Below the pieces are notes generated by a model, which was not told the origin of the DNA, did no database searches, and was given only the letters and a program-made list of their open reading frames with translations. This document shows positions 35,908 to 45,909 of a DNA stretch of 64,000 nucleotides, in pieces. A program made the translations under genes and the position numbers. Positions within the stretch are counted from its first letter, which is position 1, and each line of letters starts with the position of its first letter. The DNA is taken from NCBI GenBank assembly GCA_032249135.1, contig JAVVGL010000008.1, positions 3,211 to 67,210 on the forward strand, in the 5' to 3' direction. The DNA is from Candidatus Calescibacterium sp. (lineage in GTDB: Bacteria > Calescibacteriota > Calescibacteriia > Calescibacteriales > Calescibacteriaceae).

Positions 35908-37476
35908 TTATATTTTAACGAAAGTTGCTCTCAAAACATTAGGAATCTTTCTTATATCCTCAATAACATCATCTGGAGGAATAGAATCTATATTAACCAG
36001 AGCAATGGCTTTCCCTCCTGGTTTTTCTCTTCCGAGATGAATTGAAGCAATATTTATTCCCTTTTCTCCAAGGTAAGTTCCTATTTTACCGACGACTCCG
36101 GGTTTATCTTCATTTTCGAAAAATATTATGTTTCCCGCTGCGGGTGCCTCAACTCGCATCGAGTTAAGTTCTATAATTCTTGGCTCTCCTTGAAAAATAA
36201 TTCCTCCAATTGAGAAAACACCCTGCGATGTAGAAACTTCAACTTTTACCTGAAATTGGGTTCCTGAATCTTTTACTACAGTTTCACCAAGTAAAATTCC
36301 TCTTGACTTTATAATACTTTCTGAGTTGAGTGGAGTTGCTAATTCTTCTCCGAACATATTTTTTGCAAATCCCCAAGCTACCCCAGCTCTCACAATATAT
36401 GCTTCATCAATAGTGGTTAAAACTTTTATTTCTTTGATAGTAAATGGATATGCTTGGGCTAAAAAAGAAGCGAGCTTTGTGCCAAGTTCAAAAAACTGAA
36501 CTTTATCTTCTGGTATTGGGAAGAAATTGACTGCGTCCTGAATTATTCCATATTTTAAAAACTTTATAACCTTCTGTGCTATCTCCAAGGAAACATTTCG
36601 CTGTCCCTCTACTGTTGAGGCTCCAAGATGGGGAGTTAAAACAACATTATCTAAATGTAAAAGAGGATTATCTGGATCTGGGGGTTCTTTTTCAAAGACA
36701 TCTATTCCTGCTCCCCAAACTTTTCCCGCTTTTATATATTTTGCCAGAGCTTGCTCACTTATTATTCCACCTCTTGCACAGTTTATAATTATAACTCCAT
36801 CTTTCATTTTCTCGAATTCCTTCTCGCCTATCATACCTCGTGTTTTTTCAGTAAGTGGAACGTGAACCGTTATTATATCAGATTCTCTCAGGAGCTCATC
36901 AAAATCAACTTTTTTGAATCTCTGATCATCAACATAAGGGTCGTAAAAGATGACATTCATTCCAATAGCTTTTGAAATTTCAGCCACTTTCTTTCCTATA
37001 TTTCCAAGACCTATTATTCCTATTGTTTTTCCTGAAAGTTCTCGCCCTATAAATTTATTCTTTTCCCATTTACCTTCTTTTAAAGATTTGTGAGCTTGCG
37101 GAATTTTTCTTGCAACAGCAAAAATCAAAGCGATTGTATGTTCAGCTGTTGTTATAGCCGCTCCCAAAGTATTCATGACTATTATTCCTTTTTCAGTTGC
37201 TGTTTTTACATCTATATTATCTACGCCTATTCCAGCTCTACCTATGACTTTGAGGTTCTTTGCATTTTCTAAAACCCTTCTTGAAACTTTCGTAGCAGAC
37301 CTTACAATCAAACCAGAATATTCGCCAGAAGATAAAAGTTCTATTAATTCATCTTCTTCTATTTTCCCTCTTTCTTCGACTTCAAAATGCTCTCTCAGTA
37401 AATCTATTCCGGCTTTGTCTATGCCATCACACGCAAGGACTTTTTGTTTGCCGGTCTGATCATTGCTCTTGACCAT
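35908..37476 (-). CDS. serA: D-3-phosphoglycerate dehydrogenase with C-terminal ACT domain
   Basis: Rossmann motif GIIGLGNIGKKVA, CARGGII, LTPHLGAST, and an ACT-like tail (NEDKPGVVGKIGTYLGEKGINI). Confidence 0.9.
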   Translation of the reverse strand: MVKSNDQTGKQKVLACDGIDKAGIDLLREHFEVEERGKIEEDELIELLSSGEYSGLIVRSATKVSRRVLENAKNLKVIGRAGIGVDNIDVKTATEKGIIVMNTLGAAITTAEHTIALIFAVARKIPQAHKSLKEGKWEKNKFIGRELSGKTIGIIGLGNIGKKVAEISKAIGMNVIFYDPYVDDQRFKKVDFDELLRESDIITVHVPLTEKTRGMIGEKEFEKMKDGVIIINCARGGIISEQALAKYIKAGKVWGAGIDVFEKEPPDPDNPLLHLDNVVLTPHLGASTVEGQRNVSLEIAQKVIKFLKYGIIQDAVNFFPIPEDKVQFFELGTKLASFLAQAYPFTIKEIKVLTTIDEAYIVRAGVAWGFAKNMFGEELATPLNSESIIKSRGILLGETVVKDSGTQFQVKVEVSTSQGVFSIGGIIFQGEPRIIELNSMRVEAPAAGNIIFFENEDKPGVVGKIGTYLGEKGINIASIHLGREKPGGKAIALVNIDSIPPDDVIEDIRKIPNVLRATFVKI

Positions 37477-37615
37477 TTATTTTCCCTCCTTCCAATTTTT
37501 AATTTTGAAAAAGAATAATAAAAAGCAAAATTTTCAAAAGTTATCTTTATAAACTAAAAAATTTTTCCTAAAATCTTAAATTAAATCTTAAATTAAAAAT
37601 AAAGGTGGAAAAATT

Positions 37616-38425
37616 ATGGATGGCAGGTTCAAAGACTTGATTATAAAATTCCAAGAAATAAAAAGGGGGCTTTTATCTGCTGAAGATATTGAGATTATAG
37701 AAGGTGAAGAGATAATAAGAAGTTCTGGATGGGGTAAGATAAAATCTGCTCTTGGACTCTCAAATGAGATAAAATTAGCAGAAAGGATAGAAACGGGAGA
37801 GAATGGAGCGAAAAAAGTAATATGGAGATATATAATAAAGGTCTCAACGCAAGATGGAATTTTCTCGGAAGGAGAGGGCATATGCTCATCGGACGAGTTT
37901 GAGGGTAAAACTGAAAACTTCATATCATATATTGCACAAACAAGGGCTTTGAGCAGAGCCGTATCATTTCTTTTGGGAGTAATAAAGATGTCAGCAGATG
38001 AGATTTTACCATACATAACTAAAAAGGAAAAAGGAAAAGCTGGCTTATCTATTCCGGAGGAAATGGCAGAAGAGTGGCATAAAAAAGAAAGAAGCCTCGA
38101 AAAGGAAATGAAAATATACTCAGATGTGATCTCTACACCGGAAGAGAAACAAGAATTATATGAAGCAAAGAGAACGAAAATTGAAGAACCTGAGGAAGAG
38201 ATAAGAATTGAGAAAAAGAGATTAACCTCAATTCAAAGGCGAGAAATCTTTTCTCAAATAGGAGAATTTTTGAATAAACTCGGAATGAAAACACCAGAAG
38301 AAAAAAGAGAATATGTTTCAAAAATTTTGAAAAAACAAGTAGTGAAATCATCTGAACTCCAAGATGAAGAACTTTTACTGCTTTATGAAACCCTAAAAAG
38401 AGAGTTAGAGAAGAAAATAAAATAA
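37616..38425 (+). CDS. Rad52/Sak/DdrA-like single-strand annealing protein candidate with K/E-rich tail
   Basis: SSGWGKIKSALGL...KKVIWRYIIKVSTQDGIFSEGEGICSSDE...IAQTRALSRAVSFLLGV follows the Rad52 N-domain pattern (GW..., beta strands, dG...e..G.G, A.TDA.KRA...FG.G). Confidence 0.4.
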   Translation: MDGRFKDLIIKFQEIKRGLLSAEDIEIIEGEEIIRSSGWGKIKSALGLSNEIKLAERIETGENGAKKVIWRYIIKVSTQDGIFSEGEGICSSDEFEGKTENFISYIAQTRALSRAVSFLLGVIKMSADEILPYITKKEKGKAGLSIPEEMAEEWHKKERSLEKEMKIYSDVISTPEEKQELYEAKRTKIEEPEEEIRIEKKRLTSIQRREIFSQIGEFLNKLGMKTPEEKREYVSKILKKQVVKSSELQDEELLLLYETLKRELEKKIK

Positions 38426-38551
38426 TAAAGAGGAAAATAAAATAATAAAATAAAAAGGACAAAGCTAAAGACTTACAAAGTTAAAAACTTACAAAATAAT
38501 AGAACAAAAAATAATGTAAAATAAAAATGATTGTTTGATCATAAACAAAAG

Positions 38552-40201
38552 ATGGGTGGAGAATTATATCTGAAAAGCAAATTGTATCTGAGAAACAAAA
38601 ATCTTATTTTGAAAGATGTAAAGCTTGTTTCACGGGAAAAAGCTCGTGAACTTGACCAGATAGCAGAAAGAGAATACGGCATACCAACTTTGCTCCTTAT
38701 GGAAAATGCGGGAAGAATGATAGCAGAAAATGTACTGAAAATTGTGTCGGAAATAGGATTGAAAAATATTGTGATTGTTGCAGGGAAAGGAAACAACGGG
38801 GGAGATGGATTCTGTGCAGCAAAACATATAAAAAATCAAAGAAAAGAAATAAACATAAAAATCATAATATTAGAAGACGAAGGAAAATTAAAAGGTGATG
38901 CACTTGTAAATTTCCAGATAGCAAAAAAAATGGAAATCCCGATAGTTCAGCTGAAAAATGGCGGAGAATTGAAAAATTTTTTGCCAGAAGAAGGTATATT
39001 AATAGACGCAATTTTTGGGACGGGACTTTCAAAAGATATAGAAGACAAATTTTTTTTAGATGTAATAGAAACAATAAATCTTTGGAAAGAAGCTGATGAA
39101 GAAAAGAAAGATAAAGATAAAAAAAGATTTATTGTAGCAGTTGATATACCATCTGGACTTGATTCAAATCAGGGGATACCTCGCCCGAAAGCAGTAAAAG
39201 CAGATATAACAATAACATTCGCTCCAGCAAAAGTAGGATTATTTGTCGGAGAAGCATCAAAATACACAGGAAAAATAATCATAGAAGACATAGGAATACC
39301 GGTAGAGCTTTGGGAAAACTCTGAATTTACACTCATATCAAAAGAAATAGTAAGAGGAATTTTGAAAGAAAGAGAAGATCTTTCACATAAGGGAACTTAC
39401 GGTCACCTTTTGTGTATAGTAGGAGGACTCGGCAGAGCCGGTGCAGCTGTTCTTTCAGGAAAAGGAGCTCTCCACATCGGCACAGGACTTGTCACAATCA
39501 TAACTCCCGATGTAGTTTATAATCCAGTCGCATCAGGAGCAAGGGAGTTTATGGTGATTCCAGCTCCATCTCAAAATAAAACCTTTTCAGAAAAAGCTTG
39601 CGAAGTTATAGACGAACATATTGAAGGCAAAACAGCAATTCTTATAGGACCTGGAATCTGGGATGAAGAAGGTAGCAGAAAAGTTCTAATACATACTATA
39701 AACAGAGCAAAGGAGAAAAAAATTCCCATCGTACTTGATGCAGATGCGATAAATATACTTTCTCACTTAGATTTAGGAATTCTTGATGAAGTACGTGGAG
39801 TTATAACTCCTCACCCCGGGGAAGCAGCGAGACTTCTCAAAAAAACAACCTCTGAAATTCAGAAAGATAGAATTCAAAGTGCAAAAGAAATAAGTCAAAG
39901 AACAAAACTTGTATCGGTTCTCAAAGGATTCAGAACTATAATAACGGATGGGGAAAATTTTTTCATTAACACAACCGGGGGAGCAGAACTTGCTACTGGG
40001 GGAACAGGAGATGTTCTTGCAGGAATAATAGGGGGGCTTTTAGCACAAGGATATTCTTTGATGGAGTCAGCTGTTGCTGGTGTTTTTATTCACGGACTTG
40101 CGGGAGAAATTGTATCAAAAGAGAAAAAGTTCAAACTCTCACTCGCAGAAGAAGTAGCAGAAAACTTAGAAAGAGCTTTGGCTGAGATTCTTTCTACTTA
40201 G
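38552..40201 (+). CDS. nnr: Bifunctional NAD(P)H-hydrate repair enzyme (epimerase/dehydratase)
   Basis: The YjeF-N motif GKGNNGGDG and the C-terminal carbohydrate-kinase motif GGTGDVLAG. The first ATG is at 38552; the track start is a TTG. Confidence 0.85.
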   Translation: MGGELYLKSKLYLRNKNLILKDVKLVSREKARELDQIAEREYGIPTLLLMENAGRMIAENVLKIVSEIGLKNIVIVAGKGNNGGDGFCAAKHIKNQRKEINIKIIILEDEGKLKGDALVNFQIAKKMEIPIVQLKNGGELKNFLPEEGILIDAIFGTGLSKDIEDKFFLDVIETINLWKEADEEKKDKDKKRFIVAVDIPSGLDSNQGIPRPKAVKADITITFAPAKVGLFVGEASKYTGKIIIEDIGIPVELWENSEFTLISKEIVRGILKEREDLSHKGTYGHLLCIVGGLGRAGAAVLSGKGALHIGTGLVTIITPDVVYNPVASGAREFMVIPAPSQNKTFSEKACEVIDEHIEGKTAILIGPGIWDEEGSRKVLIHTINRAKEKKIPIVLDADAINILSHLDLGILDEVRGVITPHPGEAARLLKKTTSEIQKDRIQSAKEISQRTKLVSVLKGFRTIITDGENFFINTTGGAELATGGTGDVLAGIIGGLLAQGYSLMESAVAGVFIHGLAGEIVSKEKKFKLSLAEEVAENLERALAEILST

Positions 40202-40202
40202 T

Positions 40203-40676
40203 TTACTTTTTCACAATAACCTGAGATTGAACGAACTTTTTTCTACCACCTTCAAAATCAAGAAACCATCCCATAAAATCTCCTTTTTGTCCATTAATGA
40301 TTGACATTATAAGGTAAAATAGTCCGTCTACTGCGGCTTCAAGATCGTACTGTGATGCAATAGGAGGATGATCGGGGTGAGTGTGATATATTCCAATTAT
40401 CTCCAAATTTTTTTTGTCTGCCTCATCTTGAATGCGCACGAAATCAAGGGGATCAAGAATGAACCTGATAGGATTGTCGCTTAAATTTTTTGCTTCTTTA
40501 ACTTCATTGCTTATAAAAACTATTTCATTTTCATTTTCTTCTACTTTTCCCAAAATTATTCCACAAGCCTCATGGGGGTACTGTCTTTTTCCATGTTGAG
40601 CTATGCAATCAAGTAAGCTCTCATCTATAATAAGTTTTGCTCTTTTTGTTTTTGAAACTTGATTTTCCATATTCAT
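40203..40676 (-). CDS. JAB/MPN (JAMM) metalloprotease domain protein
   Basis: HEACGIILG and IGIYHTHPDHPPIASQYD (the E...HxHx7Sx2D JAMM motif). Confidence 0.75.
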   Translation of the reverse strand: MNMENQVSKTKRAKLIIDESLLDCIAQHGKRQYPHEACGIILGKVEENENEIVFISNEVKEAKNLSDNPIRFILDPLDFVRIQDEADKKNLEIIGIYHTHPDHPPIASQYDLEAAVDGLFYLIMSIINGQKGDFMGWFLDFEGGRKKFVQSQVIVKK

Positions 40677-40744
40677 CCGAATTTCCGAAATAGATCAAAA
40701 ATAAAATTTTCTAAAATTTACACACAAATTTTAAAAATATTGAT

Positions 40745-42274
40745 ATGAATAAAAAATTTCTCTTTTTCGCCTTTTTAACTTTATTTGCACTGTATGGGTG
40801 TAGCAAGGAATCAGAAGGTAAAAATATACAAATCCGTAATCCGATAATAAATGAAATTTTAGGAGAAAAATTGAGTGAAGTTCCTTCTCAAACACCAAAA
40901 TTATGCATTTCAGGAGGAATAAATATAGATAACAAAGATGAAATGATAAGGACTATTGATATCTTGAAATCAGCTGGATTTGATGTGATTCGCCGAGATT
41001 TTCTCTGGGAAGAGATAGAACCGGAAGAGAATAAAATAGATGAGGTGAAATTACAAAGATACAAAGAATTTGTAAATGAAGCAAAAAAAAGAAATATTGA
41101 GGTAATATCACTTGTAGTGTATGGGAACTGGTGGGCATCAGATGAATCAAAAATTTGCTACCAAGCCTGTTTGGAATCTGGAAAACAAGAAGGTGAATGC
41201 AAATCTTCATGTGCAAAATTAGTTCCCGATCCACAAAAATATGGGAAATTTGCAGGTTTCCTTGCGGAAAGTTTTCCAGAGATAAATATGTTTGAGATTT
41301 GGAACGAACCTAACTGGATTATCTTTTTGCAACCGAACTTTCCCGAAGCATATGCAGATATTTTCTTTACAGCAAGGGCAAGCATAAAAAAATATGGTGA
41401 GAAAAAGGAAGTAATATTGGGAGGACTTCTTATGCATGAAATAACAAATTTACCAAGCTCGGTTCTGTATAACTGGCGTGAGTTTTTAGGTAAATTGAGG
41501 GAAAGAAGTGTTCTAAATTTAGCAGATTCAGTTGCATTTCATCCTTATATAGGATCAAAGCCTATGCCTTATCCCCCTTCCTTACCACCGGAGGACTCAA
41601 AAAATTCAGCAGGTTCTCTTATATACTACATATCATCTTTGAGGAAGCTTATAAAATCTTTTATATCAGAGGAAAAACCTATTCACATAACCGAGATAGG
41701 TTGGCCAGCAAATTATTCTGAAAAGACGGGAGAAAGATATGGTTCAGCTCAATACATATCAGAGGAATCGCAGGCAAGCTTTATAATAAGAGCATTTGTT
41801 ATTTCTGCTATTCTCGGAGTAAAAACATTTTGCATATACACCTTAAAAGATTTACCAGATGACTTTCAAGTGTATCACGATGCCGAAAAATATTTTGGAG
41901 TTCTGAGGAAAAATTTTACTCCGAAAAAATCGTATGAAGCAATAAAATTTACTATACCAAAAATAAAAGGAAAATATATAGGGGATGTAAAGATAGAAAT
42001 TGTTGATGAAACGGAAAGGAATAAAGAAGAAGGTGAGAGAAAAATAGTATTTTCTCCTGCATTTGAGGGGGGAGATAAAAAATTGCGAGCTATATTTTGG
42101 GTCGTCGGACCGGATGGCACAGAACAAAAAGAAAAAATAAAGGTCAAAGCATACATTCCAGAAAACTCGGAGATATTCTCAATATATGGAGAAAAAATAA
42201 CAAATTACGAAAAGGGCAAGGGTTATATAATTTTAGAGATTTCTTCATCACCTCAAATTGCGGAGATAAAATAA
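40745..42274 (+). CDS. Lipoprotein glycoside hydrolase (clan GH-A, GH5-like)
   Basis: Lipobox-like LFALYGC, FEIWNEPNW (acid/base NEP) and IHITEIGW (nucleophile). Confidence 0.6.
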   Translation: MNKKFLFFAFLTLFALYGCSKESEGKNIQIRNPIINEILGEKLSEVPSQTPKLCISGGINIDNKDEMIRTIDILKSAGFDVIRRDFLWEEIEPEENKIDEVKLQRYKEFVNEAKKRNIEVISLVVYGNWWASDESKICYQACLESGKQEGECKSSCAKLVPDPQKYGKFAGFLAESFPEINMFEIWNEPNWIIFLQPNFPEAYADIFFTARASIKKYGEKKEVILGGLLMHEITNLPSSVLYNWREFLGKLRERSVLNLADSVAFHPYIGSKPMPYPPSLPPEDSKNSAGSLIYYISSLRKLIKSFISEEKPIHITEIGWPANYSEKTGERYGSAQYISEESQASFIIRAFVISAILGVKTFCIYTLKDLPDDFQVYHDAEKYFGVLRKNFTPKKSYEAIKFTIPKIKGKYIGDVKIEIVDETERNKEEGERKIVFSPAFEGGDKKLRAIFWVVGPDGTEQKEKIKVKAYIPENSEIFSIYGEKITNYEKGKGYIILEISSSPQIAEIK

Positions 42275-42279
42275 AAATT

Positions 42280-42507
42280 ATGGAAATATCCCCAGAAATA
42301 TTAGAGAAAGCAAAAAAAGTAGAAGAGCTTATAGCTGAATGGGAAAATGCTCTTGAAGCAAAAGATACGGAAAAGCTCAAAAAAATAGCTTATGAAATAC
42401 TGAAAATGGGAGATGAGTTTATGAAAAAAATATGGAAGGATATAAAACCCGGTGAAAAAATTTCTGATGTTGCAAAAAAAGTACTTGAACAAAAGGAAAA
42501 TACTTGA
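42280..42507 (+). CDS. Small helical hypothetical protein (75 aa)
   Basis: ATG at 42280, just after the GH stop. The track ORF from 42097 overlaps the GH gene and is discounted. Confidence 0.4.
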   Translation: MEISPEILEKAKKVEELIAEWENALEAKDTEKLKKIAYEILKMGDEFMKKIWKDIKPGEKISDVAKKVLEQKENT

Positions 42508-42513
42508 CCTACG

Positions 42514-43527
42514 CTACTCTTTTCTGAGCCAGGGCATCATAGCTCTTAATTTCTCTCCAACTTTCTCAGCCTCTATATTCTCCCATTCTTTAAGCAATGA
42601 ATTAAAAACAGGGCGTCCCGACATATTCTCTAATATCCACTCTTTTGCAAATTTTCCCGATGTTATCTCTTCAAGTATTTCTTTCATCTTTTTTCTCACA
42701 TTTTCATCTATAATACGGGGACCGCGAGTTAAATCTCCGTACTTTGCTGTATTTGATATATATTTTCTCATCATTTTAAATCCGCCTTCGTAAATCAAAT
42801 CGACTATGAGTTTCATCTCATGTATGCATTCAAAGTAAGCGAGTTCGGGTGGGTAGCCGGCTTCCACAAGGGTTTCAAATGCGGCACGCATCAAAGAAGT
42901 TAGCCCTCCGCACAGCACAACTTGTTCTCCGAAAAGATCTGTTTCTGTTTCGTCTTTGAAGGTTGTTTCTATAACACCAGCTCGTGAGGCTCCTATTGCT
43001 TTTGCATAGGCGAGAGCAACTTGTTTTGTATCACCAGATGGATCTTGATAGACTGCAAGTAAAGCGGGAACTCCTCTGCCCTTTAAAAATTCATCTCTGA
43101 CAAGCTTCCCAGGTCCCTTGGGAGCAACCATAAAAACATTAACATCTTCTGGTGGTACTATTTGTTTGAAGTGTATGTTAAATCCGTGAGCGAAGGCAAG
43201 ATATTTTCCTTTTGTAAGACCTTTCTTTATTTTCTCCTCATAAACTTTTGGCTGTTCTTCATCTGGTATAAGAACCATTATAATGTCAGCCCATTTTGCG
43301 GCATCTTCTATCTCCATAACTTCAAGTCCAACTTTTCTTGCTACTTCCCATGAAACTCCTCCTTTTCGCAACCCGACAGCAACTTCAACTCCGGAGTCTT
43401 TGAGGTTTAGGGCATGAGCATGTCCTTGACTTCCGAAACCTATAATTGCAACCTTTTTATCTTTTATGTAAGATATGTCCGCATCCTTGTCATAGTATAT
43501 ATTGACTTTTCTTCCCTTTTCACTCAT
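42514..43527 (-). CDS. ilvC: Ketol-acid reductoisomerase
   Basis: [22 protein letters not shown] and [16 protein letters not shown] lies 7 nt upstream of the ATG at 43527. Confidence 0.9.
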   Translation of the reverse strand: MSEKGRKVNIYYDKDADISYIKDKKVAIIGFGSQGHAHALNLKDSGVEVAVGLRKGGVSWEVARKVGLEVMEIEDAAKWADIIMVLIPDEEQPKVYEEKIKKGLTKGKYLAFAHGFNIHFKQIVPPEDVNVFMVAPKGPGKLVRDEFLKGRGVPALLAVYQDPSGDTKQVALAYAKAIGASRAGVIETTFKDETETDLFGEQVVLCGGLTSLMRAAFETLVEAGYPPELAYFECIHEMKLIVDLIYEGGFKMMRKYISNTAKYGDLTRGPRIIDENVRKKMKEILEEITSGKFAKEWILENMSGRPVFNSLLKEWENIEAEKVGEKLRAMMPWLRKE

Positions 43528-43655
43528 TTTTATTACCTCCTTTATAAAAACCGTATTTGATCTATGTCGCAATCAAATTTGATTTATGTCGAAAAATTAT
43601 GAAAATACTTAATTCAGAAATAAAAGCTTTTTGCTTAAATATTATTAGTGATAAT

Positions 43656-44018
43656 TTAGTTTGGCTTTGGTATTTTACCAGTTATAAGATAATCTGTAAA
43701 TATAGTTTCGGCATTGAGGATTTTTTCCCTCAAATCCTTCAAAATCTCGCGAGCGTCATCATCATCTCTTACAAGTTTTTCACTTACTATAAGGCACGAA
43801 TCAATAAATTCAAGAAGATCTATTATCTTGACAATCTTTTTTACCCTCAAAGATAGCTCTTCATTATCAAAGAACAAGTCATCTTTATCTCCTGATAAAT
43901 TTTCTTCTTTCTCATCTGAAAATAAAACACGAGTCTCTTCATCATCTGATAAAAACCAGTCGCCCGCTAAAAATTCATCTTCTTCTTTCTTATTCTTGTA
44001 TTTTTTGTTTTCTTTCAT
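43656..44018 (-). CDS. Acidic hypothetical protein
   Basis: 120-aa ORF, D/E-rich, with no recognisable motif. Confidence 0.35.
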   Translation of the reverse strand: MKENKKYKNKKEEDEFLAGDWFLSDDEETRVLFSDEKEENLSGDKDDLFFDNEELSLRVKKIVKIIDLLEFIDSCLIVSEKLVRDDDDAREILKDLREKILNAETIFTDYLITGKIPKPN

Positions 44019-44071
44019 ATTTTTTCACCTCTACTCTTATTCTTTCGGAAGTGAATTATTTTTTTTAAGTA

Positions 44072-44542
44072 ATGGAACCGGTAAAGATGAGGATAGAGGC
44101 CGATGAGATTAATATAAGACCCGCTGATGAGAGAGATTTAGAGAAAATACTTGAGATAGAAACAAGATCTTTCAAAAAACCTTGGAGCAAGAACCTTCTT
44201 CTGTATTCAATAAGAGTTGGGGGAATGTTTGTAGCTGAAATTGATGGTGAGATCAGAGGATACATCGCTTTCAGCAAAATACTTGATGAAGTACATATAG
44301 AAAACATAGCGGTTGAACCGGAATGGAGAGGAAAAGGAATAGGTTCGCATCTTCTAAAATTTGTGATAGAAAAAAACAAGGATTGTGATTTTTTTCTTGA
44401 AGTTAGACCCTCAAACCAATCTGCAATTTCACTTTACAAAAAATTTGGTTTCTTTGAAGTGGGAAGAAGAAAAAAATATTATGGAGATGAAGACGCTATC
44501 ATGATGGTGAGAAGAAAAGAAATAATAAGGAGAACAAAATAA
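44072..44542 (+). CDS. rimI: GNAT N-acetyltransferase, ribosomal-protein-alanine acetyltransferase-like
   Basis: IRPADERDLEKILEIE..SF..PWS and the acetyl-CoA motif WRGKGIGSHLL. Confidence 0.65.
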   Translation: MEPVKMRIEADEINIRPADERDLEKILEIETRSFKKPWSKNLLLYSIRVGGMFVAEIDGEIRGYIAFSKILDEVHIENIAVEPEWRGKGIGSHLLKFVIEKNKDCDFFLEVRPSNQSAISLYKKFGFFEVGRRKKYYGDEDAIMMVRRKEIIRRTK

Positions 44543-44558
44543 GAGTATGAAAAGAAAA

Positions 44559-44837
44559 CTAACCTACTGCCTCTTTTTTTCTTTTATAGTATTCTGCGTT
44601 CTTTTCTATAAAATGCTTCCACTTTTCAGGTAAAGACGATTCTGGGAATATAGCATTAACGGGACAAACTGGCTCGCAAGCTCCACAATCTATGCATTCG
44701 TTAGGGTCTATATAAAGTTGCTCCTCTTTTTCAAAATCAGGTTCATCTTTTTTGGGGTGAATGCAATCAACTGGACAAACCTCCGTGCAAGCGGTATCCT
44801 TTACCCCAATACAAGGCTCTGCAATTATATATGCCAT
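44559..44837 (-). CDS. Ferredoxin (FdxA-type, two Fe-S cluster motifs)
   Basis: CIGVKDTACTEVCPVDCIH and CIDCGACEPVCPVNAI. Confidence 0.8.
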   Translation of the reverse strand: MAYIIAEPCIGVKDTACTEVCPVDCIHPKKDEPDFEKEEQLYIDPNECIDCGACEPVCPVNAIFPESSLPEKWKHFIEKNAEYYKRKKEAVG

Positions 44838-44877
44838 CTTTTTTCCCTCCTTTCACTTTAATCTAAAAATGTGAATT

Positions 44878-45909
44878 TCATTTTCCAAATTTACTGAAAT
44901 TCATAGGTAAAGAGTTTAGAGTGCAGTAAAAGAGGATATTTTTGTTTTTGAATTCATCTTTTTTTGCAAGGATTGCCGCAAGAGTTTTTGCCGTATAAGT
45001 TTTCTCCACTTTCATATATTTTGAAAAAAATCTCATAGCTTCTATCCCTTCATCAGAAGGGTATCCGTAACCTCTTCCGAGAAAACTGTGAATTATAGAA
45101 AAATTAGAGAAAGCCGATTCCTTTATTTTTGTAAGATCGCTGAGATTTAAAATTTCTTTGAGAACTTTTATTACTTTGCTTATAAGCTTTTTCGCTAAAA
45201 ATTCATTACACAGAATCCTTTCAACAACTGCACATCCCAAAATTTTTGTTTTCATTCCACAAATAGCTAAACCACAGGAAAGTCCGACAAGCGTTCCCAT
45301 AGTTCCAACTGGCAAAAATATAAAATCTGGTTCCGGAATCTTTCCAGAAAGAACATCTTCTTTTATCTCTATTGCAGCTAAAACAAATCCCAAAGATGAG
45401 ATTTCCGATGTAGAGCCTGCTGGCACAAAAAATCCCTTCCTGATTGTAGCCAATACTTTTGAGATAATGAAGGCATGAAGGAAAGTTGGTACAAAAACAA
45501 ATCTAAAAGATAATTTTTTTGCCAATTCAGTATTTTCTCTCACATACACATCTCCCCATTTCCAAAGATATGTAGGAAAGACAAAAGTTGTGAATTTGAT
45601 ATCTTGGAAAAAATCTTTTGCATATATTAAGTTGGCAAGAATATGGTGAGAGCCTGTTGGACCGAATATAAAAACATCTTTTTTTTGAGAATCTTTTATT
45701 TGTTTGAATATGAATTCAAGTTTTCTCGGTTTATTTCCTCCATATAAACCTAAAATATCATCTCTTTTTAAAAAGAAATTGAATCCAAGTTCGGCTGATA
45801 AATCTTTGTGAAAGTCTATTCTTGATGGCAGATTTACAAGCTCTACTTTTTTCTGCGATATTCTATCTTTTATTTCATATAGCTTGAGCTTCAAGGGCGT
45901 TCTTTCCAT
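44878..45909 (-). CDS. PLP-dependent D-cysteine desulfhydrase / ACC deaminase family protein
   Basis: KRDDILGLYGGNKPRKLEF matches the GGNK-x-RKLEF motif of this family. Confidence 0.7.
   Translation of the reverse strand: MERTPLKLKLYEIKDRISQKKVELVNLPSRIDFHKDLSAELGFNFFLKRDDILGLYGGNKPRKLEFIFKQIKDSQKKDVFIFGPTGSHHILANLIYAKDFFQDIKFTTFVFPTYLWKWGDVYVRENTELAKKLSFRFVFVPTFLHAFIISKVLATIRKGFFVPAGSTSEISSLGFVLAAIEIKEDVLSGKIPEPDFIFLPVGTMGTLVGLSCGLAICGMKTKILGCAVVERILCNEFLAKKLISKVIKVLKEILNLSDLTKIKESAFSNFSIIHSFLGRGYGYPSDEGIEAMRFFSKYMKVEKTYTAKTLAAILAKKDEFKNKNILFYCTLNSLPMNFSKFGK

Noticed and set aside
42097-42279. The N-terminal extension of the small ORF, overlapping the GH5-like gene.
   Set aside because: The basic, low-complexity extension overlaps the end of a well-supported gene. 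ATG at 42280, just after the GH stop, is the plausible start.
45875-45909. The 35-nt overlap between atpG and the PLP-enzyme gene as evidence of a frameshifted fusion.
   Set aside because: The two frames differ and each product is complete by motif content. The overlap may shrink if the downstream gene uses a later non-ATG start.
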